Shown: positions 12,831 through 25,414 of the stretch, piece by piece
How positions within the stretch are numbered: the stretch's first letter is position 1
Layout of the letters: every line of letters begins with the position of its first letter
DNA from: Octopus vulgaris
Taxonomy: Eukaryota
Direction of reading: 5' to 3'
NCBI GenBank assembly: GCA_951406725.2
Contig: OX597814.1
Span: 164,362,001 to 164,426,000, forward strand
Length of the DNA: 64,000 nt
Notes under the pieces: generated by a model
Seen by the model: only the letters and a program-made list of their open reading frames with translations
Database searches by the model: none
Told to the model about the DNA's origin: nothing
Program-made: the position numbers and the translations under genes

Positions 12831-13125
12831 GGAGGTGCAATGGCCCACTGGTTAGGGCAGCAGATTCACGGTTGTAGGATCGCGGTTTCGATTCCCAGAC
12901 CGGGCATTGTGAGTGTTTATTGAGCGAAAACACCTTAAAGCTCCACGAGGCTCCGGCAGGGGGTGGTGATCCCTGCTGTACTCTTTCTTTAACTCTTTCT
13001 TCTGTTGGCCTGCTCACTTAGCCAGCGGGGTGATGTCATTCGAAGGCTAAAACAATGCGAAGTGCATAGTGACCAGCGATGTGTAACAACATCTGATGGT
13101 CTGGTCGGTCACGTGATCCCGTGAT
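12831..13125 (+). mobile_element. tRNA-derived SINE, family B
   Basis: tRNA-like head with A and B boxes; homologous to the copies at 6548 and 31686. Confidence 0.85.
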
Positions 13126-13433
13126 TATAGTATATATTAACCTAGGAATTTCTAAACTGGTTTGTCTAATTTGCATATCAGTACATGCGCTGGCAATGTG
13201 AATTCATTAATTAGAAGAGGGATTAACAAAATCAGAAACTAGTCTCATTGATCTCTCTTTTTTTCTACCCATAGAGGCAAAATGGTGAATGTACAGTTTC
13301 AGTGGAGAAGTAAACCAAGCAATAATCAATAGTGAAAGTCACATGATTATGGAAAATGGAACTTTAACTGTAATACTGATCAGGGCTACCTCGATCTATG
13401 TTAACTGTAGTAAACATCTATAGAACTGGTTAT

Positions 13434-14158
13434 CAGCGATTTGCATTGGACAAAACACATTGCTAAAATTAACAAGAAGGCTGAGGGTGTCTTGGCATCA
13501 CTTACCAAGTCCTTTGTGAGCCGCTCTCCGGCTATCTATCTGAGGCTTTATATAGCTATGGTGTGACCTCACCTGGAATTTGCATCACCGGTCTGGAACC
13601 CCTATCTTGCCCAGGATATTAATCGTCTGGAAACTGTTCAGCAACGTGCAACCAAGAGAATACCCTCCATCAGGCATTTGCCATATTCTGAACGCTTTAC
13701 TTCCCTGGGCATAGATACATTGAAACTCCAACGTCTGGCAGCTGACTTGGCAGACACCCATAAAATTATTAACCATCTTACAAACAATAACTCTGAGCAC
13801 CTTTTCAAACTCCACCTGTCTAACACCCATGGACATATTTACAAAGTCAGAAAACAGCACAGCTCCCATGACTTGGAAACATTTTTTCATGCTAAGAGTT
13901 GCTGAAGTATGGAACAAACTGCTGGCATCAGTTATTAGTTGGCGGAGCACTGCATCCTTCAAAACTTCCATACTTCCTGAGATTTGCCAACACTACACGT
14001 GATTTTCTCCCCTCCGTACACACGCAAGCATGTATCTGACTCATACACTGTTCACTTCCCAGACATTTGTACATTAAGGCACATACTTTATACGCACTTT
14101 AGACAAGTTGTGGTGCACCTGAGCACTGTATACAATAATTTCATTATATTATATTATA
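13434..14158 (+). mobile_element. 5'-truncated CR1-type LINE
   Basis: RT C-terminal motifs (LEFASPVWNPY, LETVQQRATKRI, LPYSERF), 3' UTR and A/T tail; same family as 53590-54950. Confidence 0.9.
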
Positions 14159-14216
14159 GAGGTTATTAGATCCTCAACAGATAGTGTATGACCTAATACT
14201 ATCCAGATGTTTATCC

Positions 14217-14910
14217 GGATCTTTTCGGTTTGAACGGCAGTTTTTTAAAATAATTTCTATGTGACTAAAAAATTTTAAACTTCGTATACTGGTAGAATGT
14301 GTTTATAAAACATCTTTTTCTCTTGGCTTTCTTGAGAAAATTCTATAGTTTGTAAGATATTTAGTCTTTAATTTCTTGCACTTCGGCAATTTCAACCAAT
14401 CAATGACGTCTATAGAGGTGAAAACTATTTCTGTCGTAGTGTGTCAACAACATTTATTTCCGGTGTCATATGAAATTGTCCCTGTTATTTATGAGAAAAA
14501 AGATACCCAGGGGCAATAAACTGATGGGTCACTCGTAAACAGAGCTGGATAACAAAACCGTTCCCTCTTTAGTGTTCACCCATAATTATGGCCCCAGTAT
14601 CGATCTATTGCATTTCAATCTTTTTTCTTCAGAAATGCAAATAAACCTAATCTGTTTCTTAAACGAGGGACATTTTCATATTTCACCGCCAGAAAATTTT
14701 ACAGCAGATAATATTTTCACCTCAATAGATGTCATTGATTGGTTGAAATTGCCAAAATTGAAGAAAATATCTTACAAACTACAGAATTTTCTCAAGAAAA
14801 CCAAGAGAAAAAGATGTTTTATAAACACATTCTACCAGTATACGAAGTTTAAAAGTGTTTAGTTACATAGAAATTATTTTAAAAAACTGCCGTTCAAACC
14901 AAAAAGATCT
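14217..14910. mobile_element. Second copy of the GG-terminal TIR family, with ~200-bp inverted arms
   Basis: Same TIR as 5171-5615; perfect TSD GTTTATCC (14209-14216 and 14911-14918). Confidence 0.9.
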
Positions 14911-15619
14911 GTTTATCCTGCATCACTCATTTTGAAGTCAAACAAGGAGAATGTTCTGCTGTGTTTTTAGTTTCAGCTACACTTATTTGAAAAATTAGTT
15001 ACAATGTTAAAAAAATTTAATCCAGGCAAGCTGAATCAGATGATGATGATAATGATGATGATACCTACACAACAGAAATTTTACAATTACAAACATATTC
15101 TCTCATAATAACACTATAATTACATAAGAGATAGCTCACAATCCCAAATGTATACTACTAAACTAACACTATACTTACAAAATTGTAAGCAAATTGAATC
15201 ATACTAAAACTATACTTAACAGTATACATTACAACTACAAACACATAATCTATACTAATACTGTTCTTAAAAACCAGTATACCAACACAATCACATTCTC
15301 TTGTACTAACACTGTATTTACACAATTTAGTTGATATTATGCAATCACAAACATAACTATGCCAAAAGTCTCCAAACATACATGTAACATGCTTTCAACT
15401 GAACAACATTGTACCTATATCACTACTAACACACCAAGAATCAGAAAATTTCTGAATATAAATGAACAAAGCAGCAGAGTTTGACAGTAGTGTGAAGAGG
15501 AGTGGGTGATAAAAAGAGGTGATAAAAAGAGGTAATCTGCTAAAGTAATGAAGATTCATGATGTAAGAAATAAAATGTGAGAAAATAAACAAAAACAAGC
15601 TGTTATTTACAAGAACTTC

Positions 15620-15675
15620 TTTATTAACTCAATAAATTGCTTTCCATATTCCCCCTACCAATTCAAATATTTATT
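15620..15675 (-). terminator. Candidate MON1 polyadenylation signals
   Basis: AATAAA on the minus strand at 15675-15670 and 15625-15620, followed by a T/GT-rich tract. Confidence 0.45.
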
Positions 15676-16007
15676 TATAGTTTCTTCATAAAAACGAAGA
15701 TAATTCTCATGCCAAGTTAAAGTCTCCTGACCTTGAACTGCGAAGCTTGACCCTGTCTCCCCGATGGGAAAAAAAAAAAAATTTAAATAAATAAAACTCT
15801 TCAAAAAAAAAGGGAAGGGAGATGACTTGAAGGGTAAAACAAGTAGATAACTCACTGATATGCTAAGTAGAGTAGTTGGTTGTTATGTGGTTGTCGTGAT
15901 CACAACAATCTCACTTATGAAAGCAGGAATGATCAGAGGTCAGAAAACTAAATTTAAAAAAAAAAAATTTTTTTAATATTACAGGAAACAATAAATTCTA
16001 CGCTTCG

Positions 16008-16148
16008 TTAAAAAGTAAACGAACTCAATATGAACAGTCGGTTTTCCTCTTTTTTGATCCAGCGCAGAAGTTTATTAATGGCTTGTATTGCTATTGTTTT
16101 TGTTACAAGTGGTCCAAAAACTGCATATAACTCAAATCCTTGAGTGAT
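16008..16148 (-). CDS. MON1: MON1 coding exon 7 (terminal)
   Basis: (t)n ccag|ATC acceptor; ITQGFELYAVFGPLVTKTIAIQAINKLLRWIKKEENRLFILSSFTF*; TAA at 16010-16008. Confidence 0.95.
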   Translation of the reverse strand: MTQGFELYAVFGPLVTKTIAIQAINKLLRWIKKEENRLFILSSFTF

Positions 16149-16206
16149 CTGGAAAAAAAAAAAAAAGGAACAAAATTAAAAATGAACTCCACAACATCAT
16201 AAAAAA

Positions 16207-16691
16207 TCTATATATATAAAACCCAACTTGTGTGTCTGTGTGTTTAACTTCCCGGCACATCTCCTCCTAGCCAACAAATCGTAGAACCACCAACAGGGGG
16301 TCACTTAAAGTTTAGGCGAACGAAAATTGAACTGCGCTATTTCTGTTCCGAAATTCATCTTGCAAGTGCAAAAATCAATAATGTATTTGTTTAGGCCTTA
16401 TCCCATGCATTGAATAGTGAACTTTACTCAGTCAGCTGTTTGACGTGAACTGTGTTCACCACGCGTGCAAGCATGCGTAAATTGCATGAAAAATAAAAAA
16501 TCAAGATATAAAAACGAATCGCCGTAAACATTGTAGAAATTCAGCAAAGAAATGAATTTTCGGGATGTAGCCTGGAGGGTTTTTTCGTATTAATCGTTTG
16601 GACTTTGTGAACACATACCAATTGTTTTCATAACATTTTTGACGCTTTGAATTAAATGTGACCATTTTGCAAAGCCGGGCAATACTGCTAG
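16207..16691 (+). mobile_element. Non-autonomous Helitron
   Basis: A|TCTATATATATAAA 5' end, GC-rich subterminal motif GCAAAGCCGGGC, CTAG|T 3' end. Confidence 0.75.
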
Positions 16692-17004
16692 TATAAATTA
16701 AAAAACAAAAATAGTCCGTTGCTATAGTTTGAAGGGTAATAGCAGTTAACTTGTATAGACCTACTGTCATTATAACCGGTCAAACACTTGATAGCAAGAT
16801 ATAGGTTGAGCATTGTTAATGCGTATTGTTTTTGAAATCTCAACTGTGACTGCATTGTGTTCCCTAACAGGCAATGTTTGACTGCATAGAGTCAAAACAC
16901 ATTTGAATAGGCTGTTGTTTGTCGACCACTGGTTATTTTTGATTGAGTAGTACTATGGTAAACAAGACGCAATCAACTGGTCTCTTCTTTCAGATAGGCA
17001 CAGA

Positions 17005-17159
17005 CATGGCTCTATGGTAAGAAGCTTGCTTCCCAACCACATGGTTCTACGTTCGGTCCCACTGAGTGCCACCTTGGGCAAGTGTCTTCAACTATAGCTT
17101 CAGGCTGACCAAAGCCTTGTGAGTGGATTTGGTAGAGAGAAACTGAAAGAAGCTTGTTG

Positions 17160-17203
<44 letters not shown>

Positions 17204-17480
17204 TATGTGTGTGTGTATGTATGTATGTATATATATATAATCTACGTGTGTATCTTTGTGTTTGTGTTTGTCCCCACCACCACCACCACCACCACCACTT
17301 GAGAACTGGTGTTGGTGTGTTTATGTTTCAGTAACTTAGCAGTACAGCAAAAGAGACCAATAGAATAAGTACCAGGCTTAGAAAAAAATACATGGGGTCG
17401 ATTCACTTGACTAAAATTCTTCAAGGTGGTGCCCCAGCATGGCCACAGACTAATGACTGAAACAAGCAAAAGATAAATAT
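17005..17480 (+). mobile_element. SINE family C with internal (TG)n and (CAC)n repeats
   Basis: tRNA-like head, CCTTGGGCAAGTG core, microsatellite spacer, 3' module ending GAAACAAGCAAAAGATAA. Confidence 0.8.
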
Positions 17481-19299
17481 AGACCATGCCTCTGTTTTGT
17501 TGAGAACCATTCTAACATGCAATGATGCACTATATGGGGCAATAGTGAGACAGTTTAGATATATTGTATTCTCTTCACTATCTAGTTAATATCTGTATGG
17601 CAATTGTTGTTTTTGTTGTTACAAGTTATTTCTGAACAAAAAAAATTTATGATTCCAGCTGTGACCCTCCTGTACTTTTCTATATCAGGAATATATCCTT
17701 TATTCATGATAATACAGTATGATTTGAGCAAAATTTGGCTGCTATTTCTAGCAGATCAGTCAACCATGCAAAGACTCCAGTTTCTTGTTGTAGTTGTTCT
17801 TTTGGATGAATCATCCTATTTACAGATGCTCAACAAACTAAAACTAGCAGCCAGTTTTTCTTCAAATGTCTTAAAAAGGGATTATGAAGGTCCGACTATA
17901 TAAATGTGGACACATAGTGTAGAGTGTAGAATTACGTAATAAAACAGTGTTAGATGCAGAGTGGCAGAATAGCAATCATAGTATGTCGTATTCAGATATC
18001 TGACAAATTTAAGAATTTCTTCAGCAGCTCATGTGGAAAAGGACAAGGTTGATTTCTTTCTCTCTTCATAAGCAAAACTCTGACAATTCATGATTTTTCA
18101 TGGCAAAGATACAGTGGTTTCCTGTGCTTTCTGCTGGTTTATTCACTGTTTATTCTGCTAGTCTCCTGCTATTCTCTGCTAACTCTTGAAGCAAAGAACT
18201 TATGTAAGCCTTAGGCAGGTGGATTGGATCACATGATATCAGGAGTTGTCACACAAAAGTAAGCTTACATGATACATGTCTAACAACTAGCCCTTCATTT
18301 AGTCTTGTTGTAGTTGTTGTTAAGCAACAAGACGGGTAAGGGTGATTAGGTGATGGTCTAGAGCTTAGGGGCAGGAGACCCCAGACCTTGGAAAAAAAAC
18401 TTTGGTCGTCTTGTTGTAGTCGAGGGCTCTTCGTTGACGCCCGACACCACTGGGAGGTGGCCCTCGAAGTCGCTGGAAATGGAGATCTCCAGGTCCAAAT
18501 TCTTGGACGGCTTCCTTTAGTCTTGTATGCTTTAGCCACGGAACTGTTTGTTTGCTATTTTATCCATAATTGAGGATCTTGTTATGTACTACCATATAAG
18601 GCCAGAGAAGACTTGGGAATAATGGTAACTAAGGGGAAACTCCAAATTCTTGGAGTCTTACTGCCAGATGCAATCTAATGTCTTGCCAGGTAAACAAAAT
18701 TAGTTACTTTAAAAACCTAGCATAGCATGATTTGAGAAAGGAAATCTATTTTATACCATCTCATGGTGTAGTTTTTGTTTATAAGATCAGGTGCAAGATA
18801 CAATAGGTTAAAAATCACATCATAAAATCATTCCAGTCTGTTGCTAATACAGGTGTAATGTAATGTCTAGTCCAAAGTTAGTCCCGATCCAGTAGACCTA
18901 TAATCAAATGAGTTCTGGTCATGATGTCTTTTTCAGATATAGTTAATTTAGGGCATTAACCAATGTGTTCTTCCTTCCTTTCTTTTTCTTTTTTTTTTTT
19001 TTAAACAAAAGTAGAGAGTGAGTAATGGGAAATTTAGCTGCTATTCCTAGTAAGAAGTGTGACAATTTTGTGGCACCTTCCTTTGCTTAAATTGTATCTG
19101 TGTTGCTGTTTAGCCCCAGGTAAAGCATGATAGTCAGGCTTTCAGGAGTTTATTTGTACATTAAGACTGTAGCAGAACGTAAAAGTGAAAAAAAAAAAAC
19201 TGAATATGAAAGAATAATTAATAAATTAAAGTAATATAAGGAGAAAAGCAAAAATGTATTCTTTTCAAGAGAGTAAATGATGCAAGGGAAATAACTTAC

Positions 19300-19581
19300 C
19301 CAACCAATAAGAGTTTCGTGTGCGCCAACGTGATACAGAAGTTTCAATGGTCTACTGCTACTGTGAATTCTGTGATGGAGATACTGGTAGAGACCAAACA
19401 GACGGTCCTGTTCTTCCTGACTGAGATATGGAGCTTCCAGCTCAGGGCTGGTATATTGTGCTGAGTTGCGAGACTTATATAGGAAATGACGTAAGCCTGA
19501 GATAGCACACTGTTTGATGCTGTAACTATTTCTTGATAGTGAATCACTGATGGCTTGCAGACAGTTGGACTTTTGTAGTTT
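19300..19581 (-). CDS. MON1: MON1 coding exon 6
   Basis: cctacag|AAA acceptor and TGG|gtaagt donor; hand translation KLQKSNCLQAI...LRHFLYKSRNSAQYTSPELEAPY...RPLKLLYHVGAHETLIGW. Confidence 0.95.
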
Positions 19582-19718
19582 CTGTAGGTAAATTAGATGT
19601 AAACAACTGAATCAATAGCTAATACAGCAACAATAGTAAAAACATTATTTTAAAATTTTATTTTTCCAATGCTATTTTACAATATTTTTTACAAATAGAT
19701 ATCTTTATAACAGCTACC

Positions 19719-20246
19719 CATCATCATCATCATCGTTTAACGTCCGCTTTCCATGCTAGCATGGGTTGGACGATTTGACTGAGGTCTGGCAAACCAGACT
19801 CCAATCTGATCTGGCAAAGTTTCTACAGCTGGATGCCCTTCCTAACGCCAACCACTCCGAGAGTGTAGTGGGTGATTTTACTTGGCACTGGTACGAGGGC
19901 CACTTTGGTGGTACTGGCAACGGCCACGCTAAAATGGTGCTTTTTATGTGCCACCTGCACAGGAGCCAGTCCAGCAGCACTGGCAACAACCTCCCTCGAA
20001 TGTCTTTTCATATGTCACCAGCACAAGTGCTAGTAAGGCGACACAGGTAACGATCATGCTAGAATGGTGTTTTTAACGTGCCATTGGCACAAAGGCCAGC
20101 TTGTTGCTCTGGCAACAATCTCACTCGTTTGGTACTCTTAGCGCTCCACTAGCAACAGATGCCAGTCACAGAGTTTGATTTCGATTTTGATTTCACTTGC
20201 CTCAACAGGTCTTCGCAATCGAGTTTGATTCCGGCTTTAATTTCAC
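19719..20246 (-). mobile_element. RTE LINE 3' end in MON1 intron 5
   Basis: (GAT)n tail and the same 3' UTR as 22665-23700. Confidence 0.85.
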
Positions 20247-20625
20247 CACTATGTGGCAAAATGTAATTTAAGCCTGTTTAAATATGCATCACTTTAAATT
20301 AACTATTTATATATATATTTTTTGTAGATAAATCAGATGTAAGCAACTGAATCAATAGCAATAACAGTAAAAATATATTATTTTTAAACTTTATTTTTCC
20401 AAAGCTATTCTTGAATATTTTTACAAATAGAGGGTCTTTGTTAAAACTACCCACTCTGTGGTGAAATGGAATTTAAGCTTGCTTAAATTTGAAATAGAAA
20501 TGTTTGAATTCACAGATATATGATCAGTGCAACACTTTAAATTTACTACTCATATATTTTATCCACATGGCTTCAAAGGTAATTATGACATCTCAAACAA
20601 CCTAGCAATATAAATCATAACTTAC

Positions 20626-20746
20626 CTGCTTAATCTTGCTTTTACAATCTGATAAAGTGAAGAAAGAATCTCTGTCTACAGTCAGTAAAAATAGACAGGT
20701 TTGGCAGCTTTCATCCAGATAGGAGACGTGTGCTTGTAGAAAACCA
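20626..20746 (-). CDS. MON1: MON1 coding exon 5
   Basis: ttctactctag|T acceptor and CAG|gtaagt donor; GFLQAHVSYLD...CLFLLTVDRDSFFTLSDCK. Confidence 0.95.
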
Positions 20747-20924
20747 CTAGAGTAGAAAACAAGATACAAGCTTGTTACAATAGGCAATTAGAGAAGAAGT
20801 TGAATTTTACAGGGCTGTAAGCAATAACCATAACAAGGACTTGATTGAAGAAAGTATTATTGGATAGCCCTTATGAGATGAAGTTAATTAATTACATATT
20901 AGTGTGAAACCCGACGGTCTAGTG

Positions 20925-21117
20925 CAATATTTCTCAAGATGGTGCATGGCAATATTTTACTTGGCATGTGACTTTAGAATGTGGATTAAGTAAGTAACAA
21001 GTGAATAAATTTGCAATAAAGTTTTAATTCTTTTGATATACTTCATTCATGGTGGAGTTGCACAATTAAAAAAAAAAATAAAAGTGAAGCATGGAATAAA
21101 AAGGTTGAGAAATACTG
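20925..21117. mobile_element. hAT/Charlie-like MITE
   Basis: TIRs CAATATTTCTCAA and TTGAGAAATACTG; TSD GTCTAGTG/GTCTAGTA. Confidence 0.75.
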
Positions 21118-21154
21118 GTCTAGTACTTCTGATATGTAATATTTCACTCAAGAA

Positions 21155-21380
21155 AGGCAGTGAGCTGGTAGAATTTCTAGCATGCCAGGCAAAATGCTAA
21201 GCAGGATCTTGTCCATCTTTATGTTTTGAGTTCAAATTCCACCAAGGTTGACTTTGCCTTTCATCCTTTCAGGGTTGATAAAATATACCAGCTGATCCGG
21301 GGAAGGGGGGGGATTGCGATGTAATTGACTTAGCCCCCACCCAGAATCATTGGTGCCTTGTGCCAAAATTTAGAACCAAT
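21155..21380 (+). mobile_element. SINE family A
   Basis: GGCAGTGAGCTGGTAGAA head, B-box and core motif. Confidence 0.85.
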
Positions 21381-21993
21381 ATTTCACTGAAGAGCCAATG
21401 AGGGAACCTCTACAACACAGTTCCCCAAAACTATTTTTACATGTGGGCTACTTTAAGACAAGTTAAAGTAGGTTGGGACGCTTGGTGTATAGAATAAAAC
21501 ATATTAAATGATATTTAGATATCTAAGCTTATACGTATAAATAATTTAAACAACAGAAAATTAATAAGTAATTATTTCTTCAGTCAATAAATGAAGTAGT
21601 TATCAAAGACCTCATAGTTTGAATTTTGATTGTATTTTCCACATATTCAAATACATTTTTGCAGCACACATAGGAACATCTAGCAGTATGCCCTGTTGCA
21701 CTATTTTAGAACCAGGGCTTAGTGCAGTTGATCAATTTACAAGAAACAGTAGCTACATTCCTCTTAAATCATACACTACCACCTTAAAAGAAAGGACACA
21801 TTAAATAATGTAGTTCTGGATTTACAAAAGCAAAAACAGAAAGAAAAGTGCAGGCATGACTGGATGGTTAAAAAGCTCGCTTCCCAACCATTTGGCTTCA
21901 GGTTCAGTCTCACTGCACAGCACCTCAGGTAAGAATCTTCAACTAAGAACTGTAAGTAGATTTGGTAGACAGAAACTAGAAGAAGCTCACTTA

Positions 21994-24330
21994 TCTCTTT
22001 ATATATAAAAATGAGAATGTGTGTCTTTGTCTGTGTGTCTGCCTGTAGGAATCCCTAAAACTTGAGAACTACGCAACAGATTTCATTAAAATTTTACACA
22101 TGCCTTACGGTCCATGCAAGGTCATGGGCCAAAAAAATTTTCAACTTCTTGCCTAATGCAAGCTCAGAGCAATCTCTTATCTCTTACACTATTTCAGTAT
22201 TAGTGTCATAAGTGAAACAATAACACCTCTCTATTGCAATGTGAGATACTTTCACTATTAAAGTGAAACTATTACCTCACATATATACATGCATACATAC
22301 ATATTCGTCATAAACACTACCACTGCTACTAATAACTGTTGGGAACCCTTTCAGACCTGCCTTATATTCGAACCAGAATCTCAAAAACATTGTCCCCTTA
22401 CATCTCATTCTCAATTCATTCCCACTACAGGGAAATAAAATTTACTTCTCATTACAGGACAATGGAAGAGGGTAATAGACATTAACCACATGCTACCTTG
22501 TCAAGTGAAATATATTGTCATCTACTTCACCTCTAATCTTCCTAGTGTACGCAGAGTTCAAACGACCCCACACCACTATAACACCACTGATATCTTCATC
22601 CTTCTAGCTGTCTACTTTCTTATAAATACGACAAAATTTATGTCCAGGCAAACAACATTCGGAATCATCATCATCATCATCTTCGTTTAACGTCCGTTCT
22701 CCATGCTAGCATGGGTTGGACGGTTCGGCCGGGGTTCTGGGAAGCCAGAAGGCTGCACCAGGCTCCAGTCTAATCTGGCAATGTTTCTACAGCTGGATGC
22801 CCTTCCTAACGCCAACCACTCCGTGAGTGTAGTGGGTGCTTTTTACGTGCCACCTGCACAGGTGCCAGGCGAGGCTGGCAACGGCCACGGTCGGATTGGT
22901 GTATTTTATGTGCCACCGGCACGGAAGCCAGTCGAGGCGGTGCTGGCATCGGCCACGAGCCGGATAGTGCTTTTTACGTACCACCAGACCAGGGATCCTG
23001 GCTGGTTCAATTCGATTTCGATTTCGCTTGCCCCAACATGTCTTCACAAGCAAAGGGGGTTGGCATGGGTGCCTGTCGTACGGTCGCATTGGAGTATTTT
23101 ACGTGCCACGGCCACTAGTCGGATAGTGCTTTTTACGTACCACCAGACCAGGGATCCTGGCTGGTTCAATTCGGTTTCGATTTCGATTTCGATTTCGCTT
23201 GCCCCAACATGTCTTCGCAAGCAGGGGGGTTTGGCATGGGTGTCTGTCGTCGGATGAGGTTCTATATCGACTTCGCTTGCCTCAACAGGTCTTTGTGTCC
23301 AAGGGAGGAAAGGCATTCATAAGTGGGCTGGGCTCACTTGTCCTGCCTGGTCTTCTCACGTACAGAATATTTCCAAAGGTCTCGGTCGCTGGTCATTTCC
23401 TCAGTGAGGCCTAAAGTTCGAAGGTCGTGCTTCACCACCTCGTCCCAGTTTTCCTGGGTCTACCTCTTCCACGGGTTCCCTCAACTGCTAGGGATTGGCA
23501 CTTTCTCACACACCTATCTTCATCCATTCTCGCCACATGACCATACCAGCGCAATCGTCTCTCTTGCACACCACAACTGATGCTTCTTAGGTACAACATT
23601 TCTCTCAAGGTGCTAACGCTCTGTCGAGTATGTACACTGACATTACACATCCATCAGAGCATACTGGCTTCATTCCTCACAAGCTTACGCATGTCCTCAT
23701 AATTATTGTCTCCTGTCAGAGGTTATCGAGGCTATCATTCTTTCTGGATGTAGAAAAGGTGACGACATCTTAAATCGAATTTCTGCTTCTGATGGAGTAA
23801 GAATTTTTAGAATGATGTTCAGAAGACTTCAATTCCCTCTTCGTGTCAGTTTTGCCATGTCCATTAACAAATCTCAGGGTCAAACCCTCTCTGTGGCTGG
23901 TCTTCTCTTGGAAGAGCCCTGCTTCTCACATGGACAACTGTATGTTGGCTGCTCAAGAGTGAGAAGCAAAAGAAACCTCTTTGCATACACTCCACAAGGA
24001 AAAACAAGGAACATTGTTTACAATGAGGTGTTATAATCACAACAGCCAGGATGTATGTACATGATCACCTAACTTCATGTACTTATATTGATATACATAT
24101 ATGTGTGTGTGTATCAATATATATATCGACATCGCTTGCCAACTAATGTTGGTATGTTTACATCCCCATAAATTAGCAGCTTGACAAAAGAGACCGATAG
24201 AATGAGTACTTGGGGTCAATTCGTTCAACTAAAGGCAATGTTCCAGTAACGTCACAGTCAAATGTTTTAAGCAAGTAAAAGATAAGAATAAACAAATATG
24301 CCATTTCACTCCTGAGCAACGCTGTGTTGT
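21994..24330 (+). mobile_element. Internally deleted Helitron with PIF1-helicase C-terminal remnant (23812-24036), carrying nested RTE and SINE
   Basis: A|TC..ATATATAAAA 5' end; RRLQFPLRVSFAMSINKSQGQTL...FSHGQLYVGCSRV...TRNIVYNEVL; decayed 3' hairpin at ~24311 with no clear CTAG. Confidence 0.85.
22665..23700 (-). mobile_element. RTE LINE 3' portion (RT C-terminus plus repeat-rich 3' UTR)
   Basis: RRLRWYGHVARM...RGRGRPRKT is the RTE C-terminal motif; (GAT)n tail. It identifies the other (CAT)n-flanked repeats as RTE 3' ends. Confidence 0.92.
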
Positions 24331-24524
24331 GTGTGTATCCACCCTTATCTTGACATCACATGATGGCGGTAAAATGAGTATCACTGTCATACAAATAATG
24401 TTATTCATTTTCAGTCATCTGTGAAAAACATGCCTGGCTCAGGAGAAACATTACCTTGCAAGGATGGTAGCCGAGCTGGAGCACCACCTCGAAGGGTTTT
24501 AGTCAAACAAATTGCTCCTTGTGC

Positions 24525-24916
24525 TTTATTGGAGACCTATAGAGTCAAGTACATCAACATAAAAAAATCAAATGGAAATTGTAGTTGTGATACCTGTGCC
24601 GGTGGCACGTAAAATGCACCATCCGAACGTGGCTGATGCCAGCGCTGCCTTGACTGGCTTCCGTGCCAGTGGTATGTAAAAAGCACCAACCAATCATGGC
24701 CGTTGCCAGCCTCGCCTGGCACCTGTGCCAGTGGAATGTAAAAAGCACCCACTACACTCACGCAATGGTTGGCGTTAGGAAGGGCATCCAGCTGTAGAAA
24801 CACTGCCAGATCAGACTGGAGCCTGATGCAGCCTCCTGGCTTCCCAGATTCCGGTCGAACCGTCCAACCCATGCTAGCATGGAAAATGGACGTTAAACGA
24901 TGATGATGATGATGAT
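24525..24916 (+). mobile_element. RTE LINE 3' end
   Basis: Same 3' UTR and (GAT)n tail. Confidence 0.85.
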
Positions 24917-25096
24917 ATTCTATTGGTCCCTTTTGCTGAACCACTAGGTGAAGGAGACTTAACAAACAAACACACACACACATATAATCAAAGGGCGTCT
25001 TTCAGTTTCTGTCTACCAAATCTATGCAGAAGGCTTTGGTTGGCCTGGGGATGAAGTAAAGAACAGAGCAAAAGAAAATGACAAAGCTAGAAATAC

Positions 25097-25272
25097 CTTG
25101 AATCAAATTTGGGTAGACATATTGGTGTCCATGATTCCGCTGCCTTGAAAGACTCTGATGCATTGACAAGGTTGATAATAAGATGGAGATCCACTGGATG
25201 TAGGAAATATTTTTTCATTCGGACTAACGTTACTAACTGACTGCTGGCAATGATAAGGGCAAAAACTAGATC
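25097..25272 (-). CDS. MON1: MON1 coding exon 4
   Basis: gcttgcag|GAT acceptor and AG|gtattt donor; DLVFALII...LHPVDLHLIINLV...SFKAAESWTPICLPKFDS. Confidence 0.97.
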
Positions 25273-25414
25273 CTGCAAGCAGAAGTTAAAGCGGTTAGTT
25301 TTTAGAACAAAAAGTATTCAGTGAATTTTAGGTTATTATTTTAGGGGAGGTAACTTTGCTGTCAAAACAGTGAAGACGTTTAAAAAAACCCCCCAAAAAA
25401 CGGTGTTCATTTAA

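Noticed and set aside
12831-12905. tRNA-like sequence (also at 6548, 31925-31999 and 48320-48380)
   Set aside because: Each continues into a repeat body and lacks a clean acceptor stem and terminator; these are SINE heads, not tRNA genes.
22703-23257. 184-aa ORF MLAWVGRF... and similar ORFs at 19766, 24537 and 44880
   Set aside because: Antisense readings of the RTE 3' UTR repeat.
23812-24036. PIF1-like helicase ORF as a host gene
   Set aside because: Only the C-terminal fragment is present, inside a Helitron-like element within a MON1 intron; a second decayed copy lies at ~29.8-30.1 kb.
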